DNA of 63,903 bases, the filler included, from Nemertoderma westbladi (lineage: Eukaryota > Animalia > Xenacoelomorpha), in NCBI GenBank assembly GCA_032718475.1. It is 3 parts of 3 records of this genome, joined end to end, with 100 filler letters (N's around TTAATTAATTAA, not from the genome) between each part and the next. Parts side by side here need not be neighbours in the genome. Positions count along the whole stretch, not along the records: positions 24,894 to 47,036 come from JAUCBJ010006763.1; positions 47,137 to 63,903 come from JAUCBJ010003092.1; 1 more part is not named here. One strand, given 5' to 3'. Numbering within the stretch: position 1 is the first letter of the stretch; every line of letters starts with the position of its first letter. The notes below the pieces were generated by a model that made no database searches, was not told the DNA's origin, and was given only the letters and a program-made list of their open reading frames with translations. Shown one piece after another: positions 37,612-50,412 of this stretch. The translations under genes were made by a program, and so were the position numbers.

Positions 37612-38178
37612 ACTACTAGTACTACTACGATCAGCATGAGGTATTGCAGCTGCATTATATATATATATATATATATATTACATATATATTAAGAATGCTG
37701 TGCCGACAAAATTGTGCCTCCACAACTCCCTAGTACCCATTACATTTGCTAGATCATCCGCATCTTCAAGGCCAGTGTCCTTTAAGATACGTCTAAAGAA
37801 TGTCATGGGTTGTCCACCATTCTTATTCACTCCATGAGGCCGCCAACGCACAAGATTATGCAACGGCTGGTCCTCACGGCGAAAGCAATATCCTGCAAAG
37901 CGGAGGCGGTTCCGTTCAATTGTCAAGCTAGGGGAGACTAATGGAACACCTCCAATGTTGTATAAAGTCTGATTGGAGATGTATTCATTGTACTTGACAC
38001 AATAAACCCGGCGCAACATTCTTGTGAATGTGCCATCCAGAGATTTGGTATCCTCTGCAGTTAGAGCCCAGCATGGACTCCCATATAAGAGTACTGTTAC
38101 TACTACTGCCATAAATAATCGAACCTTAAGGTTCTGTTTTATTCTATGGGACTTCCAAATCCTGGACAGACTATTTAA
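37612..38178 (-). mobile_element. RTE-clade LINE 3' fragment
   Basis: VLLYGSPCWALT, LDGTFTRMLRR, RLRFAGYCFR; family 3' end atgcagctgcaat...tagtag. Confidence 0.9.
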
Positions 38179-39135
38179 CTCCTACAACTAAACTTATTAA
38201 CTTGTTATGTAGATTAGTTCTCATAAACTAGGGGTTGTGTGGGATCTCTATGAACCGTAGGTGTTTGTAGAGGATCAGACATGAAGTAATTCCGGGTTTT
38301 AGATAATTCTTATATCGTTTAGTAAGTTTTGAGTTTAACATGAGGAGTTTATAAGTAGTAAATATTACGAAATATTAAACATCTAAACACCCATACAATT
38401 TGATAGATTATTTAATAATATTTGTAAATTCTCTTAAGTATAGATTGTGTACACGTACCAATAATGTTGTTTTAACAGGCTCACCTTCCGGGTTTTAATC
38501 CAACTCAAACTCCCTTATACTACATATTGCATATAGGCTATATATGGTATTATTTACTATATTTTCCTACTTATTTGTGTCGACAAATAGGTAAATATGG
38601 ACGGATAAACACAACGTTATATTTATGACGAGACGGTTTATGGCGGCTTCATACCAGTTTTAAAAACTTATATACAGTAGTTCATATAACAAAACTTTCG
38701 GATTAGCACACTCACTAAAAGAGCTACATGACACACGAATTTGCCAATTGGGTTGGTGCGCGAAATTTTTTGAGCTAGAAACAATCGAATAAGGGGTAAT
38801 AAGTTGCCCTGAAGTGACGGGGTTTGTTATTTGTAAAAACACCTGGAAACGGTCGCAAGGGCGGGTTTAAGTGAGCGCGGGGAGTCAATTTTTAAAATCG
38901 GCTGTGATTGGCTGCTACATATTTGACGTCATTACGCAGTGCTCTGATAATTTTTTATCTTGGTTTCTATGGAGAGAGATTTTCGATCAAATTCAAATAC
39001 ACATTAAATCACAATTATTTCACACGTGGCTTATATCAATTGAAGCAGAGAGTCTTGTGCGTCTTTTGATACTAAAATTAATTAAATTCATGATGGGGAA
39101 GATTTAATGGGTGGTCAAAATTTATGTGAGTACCT

Positions 39136-39530
39136 TTCCTGATGACCTTTCTGGGTCACAAAGGGAGACCAGATTGTGAGGGGGAGAGGGATTCTGGAGT
39201 TGGAGACTACTCTCATGTTCCACCCCGACCCAGCAAGACATTGGTTAACCAGAGGCAAATCACTGAGTTGCATTGGTCTATTGATGAATCAAACTGCACA
39301 TGCGCAGCATTGGAGAAAATAGACCAAATCTCAAACCGCATCATTCATTACCACTTCCTGCACTGGAAGTCTGGCTAAGAAATTTCCTAAAGTGGTTCTG
39401 ATTGTGTGATGATTCAACCAATAGTGTTGCTCCATTAGCGGAAGAGGTGGAAAATCTCTACAACAATACAAGTAGATACTGATCAGTCATTCTTAATATT
39501 CCTGGGAGACCTTTATTCAAGTCTAAATCA
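39136..39530 (+). mobile_element. RTE 5'/endonuclease fragment with internal deletions
   Basis: Matches 43837-43975 and 44220-44465 (GRPDCEGERDSGVG). Confidence 0.8.
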
Positions 39531-40092
39531 GTCATTTCTATAGCGTTAGTGTTAAGGGGACCATTACCCCCAAAGGAAGTCAATTTTTTATCTGTTTTAG
39601 TAGTTTGATAGAAGGTATTTCATGTGGTGACACTGGTTTTCACCATAGAGTTATTTTATCACCACAAAACAGCACTTTTCAAAATTTAAAATTTATTAAA
39701 TTTTGTATTTTCTTTTTTATATACAAAAATTTTGAAATTTTTTGGAAAATTTTAGCAAATTTCAATATATTTCATAGTTAAAATATGAAAAATTAAAATT
39801 ACCTCATGGAACGGCAGAGTCAGAAAAGGCTCATACTATTTGCGATTTTATGTTATATTAAAGAAGATTATCCAGTTCAAAGAATTGAACTGGAAAGATA
39901 GACTCATATATTGGGGACCAAGTGGTCACAAGTTCCAGATACTACTGTACTACTGTAATCGGCCTTCCACATTGAAACTGCACATTTACATAGATGCTAT
40001 GCCAGCTTAACTAAAACATTTTGTCACCATCATGCAATCCACAATTGGCAAGCCCAATGCAACGAGCATAAATAATGCTATATCAACACAAC

Positions 40093-40210
40093 TCCCTATC
40101 CCCCATGACTGTCGCGAGATTATCCGCATCTTCAAGGCCAGTGTCCTTTGGGAGGCGTCTTACGAAAAGCGAAAAAAAGGGTTCTTGTGTCAAGCTTGGG
40201 GGAACCTACG
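40093..40210 (-). mobile_element. Short RTE 3' fragment
   Basis: ctccctatcccccatgac...atccgcatcttcaaggccagtgtcctt matches the other copies. Confidence 0.7.
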
Positions 40211-40323
40211 GATCCCGGGAAGGGACATGAAAAAAAAATTTTTCTAACACGAGGCCTAGTGTTAGCTAACACGAGCCTTCGTGGTAGCTAAAACCGTTCG
40301 GTCTATGTAGGCCTACTGTATAA

Positions 40324-41073
40324 GCGGTTGCATAGATGGGTTTTCATGGAAGATTTTGTTCTTAGAAGTTTATAAAACCAATAACAACCCAAAAATTATT
40401 GGTGGCTATTTAGTATCTCGCCTTGGTGGATGCCCTTTAATGGTCAGGGCAAACTACGGAACTGAAAATACCTACATGAGAAGCTTTCAGATGTTTTTCC
40501 GCCGCAATTAATTGCACTGATGGCTTGGTAATCCGGGCGTATACAGACGGGCGCAGTACGGCAAATCAAAGAATCGAGAGTTGGTGGGGGGTTCTTCGGA
40601 AGGAGAACGCGCAGTTGTGGATAGAATTATTTAAAGAATTGCAGGCAGAAGGTATCCTCCCCGGAGACTTTGTTTCAAAGGCTGCTGTTCAGTTATGTTT
40701 TACTTCACTAATTCAAAACGAACTAGACACATTAGCATCAGTTTGGAACCACCATCTTATTCGTCCTTCTGGAAATCCCAACGTTCCAAGCGGCCGATCT
40801 AATATTATGTATAGTTCGCCTAGCCTCTACCGTTGTGCTACCAAACAGCTCTTAACCGTAGCGCCTTCTGAAATTAATACCTGCTGCTCCAACGACTTAT
40901 TCCGCTTATCTATACCTTGTGATGCCGATCTGTGCATTCAGTTAATGCGTGAGAAGAACCTCCGACGTCCTCTATCCGTAGACGACGCCGTGGAACTTTA
41001 TCTCATCCTTCATAATGCAATTCGCGAACTTCTTGGAAACAACGTAGACGATAGGTATACTAAGTCAGATTAA
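40324..41073 (+). pseudogene. DDE integrase-core transposase remnant (IS3EU-like eukaryotic DNA transposon)
   Basis: GCIDGFSWKILFLEVYKTNNNPKII (~40325-40400), VRANYGTEN, GRSTANQRIESWW, WNHHLIRPS...PSGR; frameshifted and 5'-truncated. Confidence 0.8.
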
Positions 41074-41094
41074 CTAATTATTATAGTTGAGTAT

Positions 41095-41255
41095 GATGTA
41101 GGTGTTGAACTGCGATGTTGATCCGTATGTCAAAGCCACCTTAGCAAAGAGTCAGCGCTCTATTATGGCGCAATTCCGTTGTGGAGTACTCCCGCTTGCT
41201 GTTGAATCTGGGCGATTTAAATGTAAGCCGCTAGAGGAATGAGTATGTGAAGTGT
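41095..41255 (+). mobile_element. LINE ORF2 C-terminal fragment (pre-zinc-knuckle region)
   Basis: QRSIMAQFRCGVLPLAVESGRFKCKPLEE*VCEV resembles the R.G..PL.IE.GR...EER.C motif. Confidence 0.6.
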
Positions 41256-41409
41256 TAATTAATAATTTACATACCAACAAAGTCCTGGAGATAATCCCTC
41301 CAATAGGTTAGCATTGCGTTGCCACCGAATCGAACCTTGCTCTGACCACTGCACTTCAAATAGCTGTTCAACAATAGTGGCGTCAAGTTCACACTTTGAG
41401 TAAACGAGT

Positions 41410-43220
41410 CCCCATCCCCCATGATTTTCGCGGGATTATACGCATCTTCAAGGCCAGTGTCCTTTAGGAGGCGTCTCACAAAAGTCAACTACTAGGATCG
41501 GCATGCTGCATTGCAGCTGCATTTTTAAGAATGCTGTGCCGGCTTGTCAACAAAATTGCACCGCCACAACTCCCTATCACCCATGACATTTGCTAGATCA
41601 TCCGCATCTTTAAGGCCAGTGTCCTTTAAGATGCGTCTCAAGAAAGTCATGGGCTGTCCACCATGCTTATTCACTCCATGAGGCTGCCAAAGTACAAGAT
41701 TATGCACTGGCTGGTCCTCACGGCGAAAGCAATGTCCTGCAAAGCGGAGGCGATTTTGTTCTAGTGTCAAGCTTGGGGGAACCAATGAGACACCTCCAAT
41801 GTTATATAGTGCCTGGTTGGAGATGTGTGCATTGTACTTGACACAATGAACCCGGCGTAGCATTCTTGTGAATGTGCCATCCAGAGATTTGGTGTCCTCA
41901 GCAGTTAGAGCCCAGCATGGACTCCCGTAGAGGAGTACTGGAACTACTGCTGCTCTAAATAATCGGACCTTAAGTTTCCGATTAATTCTCGGTGACTTCC
42001 AAATCCTGGAAAGCCTATTCAAGGCTGCCCATGCCTTTCCCTTACGTATTCGAAGGTCCTCACCTGACTTCCGGATCCATGATCCCAGGTAACAGAAGTC
42101 ACGAAAGTCAAGGCTATCCACCATGCTTATTTTCTCCTTGAAGCCGTCAAAGCACAATATTGTGAACAGGCTGGTCCTCACGGAGAAAACAATGTCTTCC
42201 AAAGCGGAGGCGGCTTTGTTCTAGTTTCAAGCTTGGGGGAACCAATGAGACACCTCCAATGTTATATAGTGTCTGGTTGGAGATGTATGCATTGTACTTG
42301 ATACAGTGAACCCGGCGTAGCATTGTTGTGAATCTGCCATCCAGAGATTTGGTGTCCTCAGCAGTTAGAGCCCAACATGGATTCCCATACTAGGATCGGC
42401 ATGCTGCATTGCAGCTGCAATTTTAAGAATGCTGTGCTGGATTCCCATAGAGGAGTACTGGAACTACTGCTGTTCTAAATAATCGGACCTTAAGTTTCAG
42501 ATTAATTCTATGTGATTTCCAAGTCCTGGAAAACCCATTCAAGGCTGCCTATGCCTTTCCCTTACGTATTCGAAGGTCCTCACCAGACTTCCGGATCCAT
42601 GATCCCAGGTAACAGAAGTCGCCCACATGCTCAAGCATACCATCCTTTGAGCTTATGCTCATCCGGTCAGACACATGCTGATGACTATCAAAGTTAACTG
42701 TCGAAATTTCGTTTTTTTTTTGAGTTAACAAAAAGACCAACTCTAAAAGCAGCATGTTATATTGTGCTGTGGAGCCGTTGGACTCCCTCTAGTGATTATG
42801 AGCCTAGTGATTATTAAGTCATCAGCAAAGTCTTGATCAGTTTCTGGAGCCAGTCGTAGGTGGAGTTACCATCACCTCATCATTATTATGATCTAGATAG
42901 ACCATATGGACTATCTGTACTTGTTACCACTGGGTCCAGTATGAGTCCATAACTGACCAGTTCGCTTAAATAAAGAATATTATTATGTTTCGAAGAAAAT
43001 ACAGGAGCTCTGTTGAAGACTACTGCATTTACACATCGACCCTTCTCCATAGGGATCACCGCTCAGTGGAGTGCATTCAAATTGGAGATGTGGATTCCAC
43101 CCTAATCCTGACCAGCCATTACCACCGCCTGATCAGGCCATATACCCCTGCAGCTAAGTATATGGGTCCTTAACCCAGAACCATGAACGTCCTTATAATA
43201 GGTCAGGTAAGGTATTCTAA
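41410..43220 (-). mobile_element. Rearranged RTE LINE copies (repeated 3' ends plus a 5' UTR fragment)
   Basis: DFCYLGSWI, DLRIRKGKAWAALNRL; 3' terminus present at ~41490 and ~42390; 43104-43200 matches the 5' UTR at 43345-43441. Confidence 0.88.
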
Positions 43221-43339
43221 TTCATTGATCAAGAAAACTTGCCACCTCCATGCAGCATAAAGGTAGTGCCACCTGTATCTGCATAGACCCTCTTACTAGG
43301 GCAAATCTGGTCCTGTAACTAGGACCCCCTTCGTTCTGG

Positions 43340-45652
43340 GATAAGGACGCCATTGGTCCTGGATTAAGGACCCATATACTTGGCTGCAGGGGTATATGGC
43401 CTGGCCAGGCAGATGGTGATCTACCAATGGCTGGTCAGGAGTAGAGTGTGCTCATGTCCACTCTGAGTGTACTTCACTTCGACCTGCACCTGACAGCCGG
43501 GGTACAGGGCATGACCCAGCAGATGAGCTGCACAGCCAATGGTGGGTCATGTGATCCAGAGTAGATACTGGCTGATGGGCCTCATATCTGACTCCACTGC
43601 GACACCCACCCTGTGGAATGGCAAACCAGGGTGTGGTATTTGCCCCGAGAGCTGACTCGGCAAAAAAGCACCCCCCATCCCCCACTATGGATTACATTAG
43701 TAATGCGGAGGTCCGGCCACTAGAGGCCAGTGGAATTACCGGACACAATCGGCCTCACAGGCGTCAGTTATCTCCTGACCGGCTGCCTGTCTCACCCCCT
43801 ACTGGAGAGAGAGCAGCCAACAATTCTTTGAGTCCCTTCCCTGATGACCTTTCTGCCCCAAACCCTGGGTCACCAGGGAGGCCAGATTGTGAGGGGGAGA
43901 GGGATTCTGGAGTTGGATGCTACTCTCATGATCCACCCCGACCAACAAAGCCATTGGTGAATCTGAGGCAAGTCACTAGACTAGCCTCAGTAAACACCCT
44001 AACACTCGGGTCCCCAATGCGACAAGGTAAGTTGACTGCCTTGGCAGATAAGCTTTCTCTTAGCGCAGTGGGTGTTCAAGAGCACCGAATGCAGACTGGA
44101 CAGACTGATGAGGTTCTGAGCTTAAGGATACCTGGGGGCGGTTGGCGACTCGCCCTCGCATCAGCAGAATGTGGTAGTGGCAATGGTGTAATTGGTCTAT
44201 TCGGGGAATCTGACTGACTCGATGCAGCATTGCGACACAATAGACCAAATCTTTAACTGCATCATCCGTTGCCGACTTCTGCATGTTCTGGAAGACTCGG
44301 AAGTCTTGAGTTTCCGTAATTTTGTTCTGATTGTGTGCTACTCTGGCCAACTAGTGTTGCCCCTGTAGAGGAGGTGGAAAATTTCTACCACAATCTACAA
44401 GCAGCTACTGATGGCAGTGGCATCAGGCATGCATTCTTAACATTCTTAACTAAGGCCAACTCAGTCTAACTCGCTCACCTATCTTCAGCATACTTTCATT
44501 ACTACTGGATTCCTGCTCGAAATTATCGCACCTTAAGTTTCCGATTCAGTCTACGGTGGCTTCGACAACATCCTGGTAAGCCTACTGTCGATGGCTGACC
44601 CATGAACCTTTCCTGACGTTTTCGATGGGGCTGTCCTCCAGGGAGTCACACTTGCATCCATTCTGGTATCAGAATTGTCGTCCACTATGCTCTACGCATG
44701 TCCTTAGACCATCATAATGATGATGCGGTGATGATATCTCCACCGACTGGCTCCAGAAGTCGAGGAAATCCTGCCAAGTACCTAACTGATCTAGACTTTG
44801 CTGATGACTTTCTGGAGTTACTCTCAAGACCATCACTAGAGGCAGCCCAACGGCTCCTCAGCTCATTAGAACATGCTCCCTCTAGTGTTGGTCTGTGTAT
44901 TAACTCCAGCAAAGACCAAAGTTTTGACAGTTAGGACTTTGAAGGAGTCCTCAGCACATCTCTGATCCAGGATGGAGACATAAGCTCACAAGGATGGTAA
45001 ACATGCTTGAGCATGTGGACGACTTCTGTTACCTGGGATCATGGATCTGGAAGTCAGGTGACTCAGTCAGGTGCGGAGGACCTTCGAATACGTAAGGGAA
45101 AGGCATGGGCAGCCTTGAATCGGCTTTCCAGGTTTTGGAAGTCACCGAGAATTAATCGGAAACTTAAGGTCCGATTATTTAGAGCAGCAGTAGTTCCAGT
45201 ACTCCTCTATGGGAGTCCATGCTGGGCTCTAACTGCTGAGGACACCAAATCTCTGGATGGCACATTCACAAGAATGCTACGCCGGGTTCATTGTGTCAAG
45301 TACAATGCACACATCTCCAACCAGACACTATATAACATTGGAGGTGTCTCATTGGTTCCCCCAAGCTTGACACTAGAACAAAATCGCCCCCGCTTTGCAG
45401 GACATTGCTTTCGCCGTGAGGACCAGCCAGTGCAAAATCTTGTACTTTGGCAGCCTCATGGAGTGAATCAGCATGGTTGACAGCCCATGACTTTCTTGAG
45501 ACGCATCTTAAAGGACACTGGCCTTGAAGATGCGGATGATCTAGCAAATGTCATGGGTGATAGGGAGTTGTGGCGGCGCAATTTTGTCGACAAGCCGGCT
45601 CAGCATTCTTAAAAATGCAGCTGCAATGCAGCATGCCGACCCTAGTAGTAGT
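43340..45652 (+). mobile_element. Internally deleted RTE-clade LINE with both ends
   Basis: 5' ggaatggcaaacc...gtatttgcc (BovB/RTE-like), EN motifs LASVNTLTL and VGVQEHR, RT LTDLDFADD, C-terminal RTE motifs, tail ctagtagtagt. Confidence 0.9.
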
Positions 45653-46528
45653 TAACATAAGACGAAGGTGGTCCTAATTACAGGACCAGATATATAAATA
45701 GCCGTCAAAACGAGCCTACATGGTACATACACACTTAATGCATTATTAGCAGTAATTAATAAGTAGTCCCCCAGGTATTTTACCGCCTCTATTTACCTAG
45801 TTTCCAGTACTGGTATAAATTATATTCTAGAAGTCCATGTGTGGGTGTAGATTGGGACCACGGAAGTCTAAGACAGACTGCCTCCTCCACATCTGGCAGA
45901 ATTATATGTTGATTGTTGGCGCTCCATGAACGGGTTTTCGACTGGCTACAATAGACTAAATTTTTTAAAATAATTATTATAGATTTTAGAACATAATCAG
46001 ATTATTGACATTCACAAATTATATTGAAATTTTTTGGTAAACACTATATTATCTATATCTATGATACCAATAATGAAATTGACATAACGCAATAATGGAA
46101 CAAATAGTATTATTAATAATTATTTATTTTACATGGGAAATTTTTTCACTATTCTCGAGGCATTTTATTTACCGAGCCTCAGCGAGGTTAATAAAGGGTC
46201 GAGAACAATGTTTTTGAGTAGGCCCGAGTCTTTAATACTTTTTTATTTATTTTGTTAAGGGTCCGAAATGTCCGGGTCCGATGCGATGGTCCAATATCCA
46301 CATAAAACTACAATCTTATCATCTTATACAATATTACCTAACTTATCATATCGTAGACAACGAAACCTGCCATCTGCACTTTTATATTATCGTAGACCTA
46401 CCATCAGTTTTCCAGCTAATTTTTCAAAAATTTCCAGCGTTTTTTATTTGATATCAAGATATTTTTAAGTCTACTAGTTCCAGCTGCTGTTTGACTCTTT
46501 TTATGAATCTCCTTCAACTAACATCAAC

Positions 46529-47014
46529 ATGGCCCATGACGGTGTCTATAGAGATACCGAAATTCCAATGGATGAACTTCAATCAGGGTCCCAGGAGGAA
46601 TGCGTCTATGATGTAATTCAGGATTACGTGACTCTCCCTAATTTGTCACAGAATATTGTAGATAGCAAAGGAACATTAAAGGAGTGCCGACTGTTATCAG
46701 TTAGAAGATGGTGGGTTGGAGTTGTTGTTGGGGTAGTCTTGGTGGCATTGTTAATGGTAGTTGCCATAGTTACTACGTTTTATTCGCTTCAACACAAATT
46801 TACCGCAGAGATACAAAACGAGATTAGTGACTTAGACCACAACCTCACACTCACAAACGAAAAGCAAAGAGATGAAATAATGCGCAAATTATATGTAAGT
46901 ATTGGGGATCTAAATGAAAGAAATAATAAATTAGATTATGTAAGCGGATCCAATTTGCTGCACTACCCAGCGGAAAATGGGGAAAGTGGCTTTTTACCAA
47001 TTATAGTTGGCTAG
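46529..47014 (+). CDS. Probable first exon of a type II membrane protein (cytoplasmic Tyr motifs, TM helix, coiled-coil stalk); remainder lost at the contig end
   Basis: Good start context (aacATGg), RRWW then hydrophobic VGVVVGVVLVALLMVVAIVTTFY, heptad-like stalk; candidate donor TAT|gtaagt near 46894. Confidence 0.6.
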   Translation: MAHDGVYRDTEIPMDELQSGSQEECVYDVIQDYVTLPNLSQNIVDSKGTLKECRLLSVRRWWVGVVVGVVLVALLMVVAIVTTFYSLQHKFTAEIQNEISDLDHNLTLTNEKQRDEIMRKLYVSIGDLNERNNKLDYVSGSNLLHYPAENGESGFLPIIVG

Positions 47015-47036
47015 GTGACATTACCAATATAATGTC

Positions 47037-47136
47037 NNNNNNNNNNNNNNNNNNNNNNNNNNNNNNNNNNNNNNNNNNNNTTAATTAATTAANNNNNNNN
47101 NNNNNNNNNNNNNNNNNNNNNNNNNNNNNNNNNNNN
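47037..47136. other. Artificial contig-join linker
   Basis: N44-TTAATTAATTAA-N44. Confidence 0.97.
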
Positions 47137-49105
47137 ACACTTATACTATACCTACACTCTCTACTCCATCTATAGTACCCTTATACTATACCTGCACTCT
47201 CTACTGTATCTATAGTACCCTTATACTATACCTGCACTCTCTACTCCATCTATAGTACCCTTATACTATACCTGCACTCTCTACTCCATCTATAGTACCC
47301 TTATACTATACCTGCACTCTCTACTCCATCTATAGTACCCTTATACTATACCTACACTCTCTACTGTATCTATAGTACCCTTATACTATACCTGCACTCT
47401 CTACTGTATCTATAGTACCCTTATACTATACCTGCACTCTCTACTGTATCTATAGTAACGTTATACTATACCTGCACTCTCTACTGTATCTATAGTAACG
47501 TTATACTATACCTGCACTCTCTACTCCATCTATAGTACCCTTATACTATACCTGCACTCTCTACTGTATCTATATTACTATACCTGAACTCTCTACTGTA
47601 TCTATAGTACCCTTATACTATACCTGCACTCTCTACTGTATCTATAGTAACGTTATACTATACCTGCACTCTCTACTCCATCTATAGTACCGTTATACTA
47701 TACCTGCACTCTCTACTCCATCTATAGTACCGTTATACTATACCTGCACTCTCTATTCCATCTATAGTACCCTTATACTATACCTGCACTCTCTACTGTA
47801 TCTATATTACTATACCTGAACTCTCTACTGTATCTATAGTACCGTTATACTATACCTGCACTCTCTATTGTATCTATAGTACCCTTATACTATACCTGCA
47901 CTCTCTACTGTATCTATAGTACCCTTATACTATACCTGCACTCTCTACTGAATCTATAGTACCCTTATACTATACCTGCACTCTCTACTGTATCTATAGT
48001 ACCCTTATACTATACCTGCACTCTCTACTGAATCTATAGTACCCTTATACTATACCTGCACTCCCTACTGTATCTATAGTACCCTTATACTATACCTGCA
48101 CTCTCTACTGTATCTATAGTACCCTTATACTATACCTGCACTCTCTACTGAATCTATAGTACCCTTATACTATACCTGCACTCTCTACTGTATCTATAGT
48201 ACCCTTATACTATACCTGCACTCTCTACTGTATCTATAGTACCCTTATACTATACCTGCACTCTCTACTGTATCTATAGTACCCTTATACTATACCTGCA
48301 CTCTCTACTGAATCTATAGTACCCTTATACTATACCTGCACTCTCTACTGTATCTATAGTAACGTTATACTTTACCTGCACTCTCTACTGTATCTATAGT
48401 AACGTTATACTATACCTGCACTCTCTACTGTATCTATAGTACCCTTATACTATACCTGCACTCTCTACTGAATCTATAGTACCCTTATACTATACCTGCA
48501 CTCTCTACTGTATCTATAGTACCCTTATACTATACCTGCACTCTCTACTGAATCTATAGTAACGTTATACTATACCTGCACTCTCTACTGTATCTATAGT
48601 AACGTTATACTATACCTGCACTCTCTACTGTATCTATAGTACCCTTATACTATACCTGCACTCTCTACTGTATCTATAGTACCCTTATACTATACCTGCA
48701 CTCTCTACTGTATCTATAGTACCCTTATACTATACCTGCACTCTCTACTGTATCTATAGTACCCTTATACTATACCTGCACTCTCTACTGTATCTATAGT
48801 ACCCTTATACTATACCTGCACTCTCTACTCCATCTATAGTAACGTTATACTATACCTGCACTCTCTACTGTATCTATAGTAACGTTATACTATACCTGCA
48901 CTCTCTACTGTATCTATAGTACCCTTATACTATACCTGCACTCTCTACTGTATCTATAGTACCCTTATACTATACCTGCACTCTCTACTGTATCTATAGT
49001 ACCCTTATACTATACCTGCACTCTCTACTGTATCTATAGTACCCTTATACTATACCTGCACTCTCTACTGTATCTATAGTACCCTTATACTATACCTGCT
49101 CTCTA
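47137..49105. repeat. 40-bp satellite (acccttatactatacctgcactctctactgtatctatagt), about 49 copies
   Basis: Directly visible; starts at the contig edge. Confidence 0.97.
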
Positions 49106-50412
49106 CCGTATTTATATACCTTTGCTGTAAATCTCTTGCAAATATCGACATGAACATCCCAGAACAAATTAAGTAAATTATAGTCAATCGCAGTGCCGAA
49201 GTCATAATTCCAGGAAGTTGCTTTTAAACCTATGGATGTTTTATAGGATAAGGTAATTAATTATTAATCTTCTTGTTAATTATAATATATTAGCAGACAG
49301 TTAGTCACGGCGAAATACAGTAGATTATGCAATTTACCGTCAATTACTATCTGAAATTTATACAATGATTATTATCGTGACTTTAAGAATTTCTAAGTAC
49401 CAGCACACTCTATAATGATCAGAGATAAACATTCACTACTTTGATTTAATCCAATCTGATACTTTGGCTGCCCGACGTTATATATTTTATTCACCTACTG
49501 TAGACACATAGACTCATGACTATTTTGCACATCTGTCACATATCAGTCAGTATGAGTCACCACCAACAACTACTTTGTTCATATTCACATGGTGTGCCTC
49601 AATAAAATTCCAATTATATGTTATAATATAAATAGTACAGCGCAAGTATATGAGCTAATGTTGATCTACTTGGTCGAAATCCGTTTTGGCTCTTATGTAG
49701 CTGTTTCTATATGTGAGGCCTAATTCTAATCCATAATTTTATTGTATATTTTGGCAGCTACCACAAGCAGACAGATCACACGATAGTTTGTTGGTATACC
49801 GAAGTCTCCTTTCCTGGGGAGAGGCTTTAGTTGACTTTTATTCCGAATTGGCATCTTTGCCTACTCTATAGATACGACCCTCCAAGCTTCTGCAAAGCCC
49901 CTAAATTTAGTGGGCCAGTTATTTCTCTCAGTTAGAATCCCTGAAACAATATATATAAAGACTCGAAAGTGCTTGTCCCTAACTAAGATTTTGTCCTCGT
50001 TTCAGATGAGACAAATAAAAATTTTATAGCTCCTGTAGTTTTCGAGATATGAGATGTTCCTAGCACCCATCCATACAAGTTGTATCGTGATCAGCGACCT
50101 TGAAATCCAGTGTAGCTTCAGAAACTTTGAAACTTTGATAGTTTCTAATTATTTGCTACTTGTACTTTTCGTTGTGGAGGACCAAAATAGCACAAAAAAT
50201 GATGGTTGCATCGCCAGGAAATATTTTTAACAAGTTTTATCGTGATCAGATCTCGGACGCCCACCAGTCGCACAAACAAATCCCCAGCCGAATTTCCCAC
50301 AGTAGGACCCCTGATTCTTGGCTGATGGGATAAACGAGACCAGGGTGAGAGAACCACGTGGTAGTTGATGGAATCGAATCAGTTAGTTGTGCGGACAGAA
50401 TCCGCATTCTCC

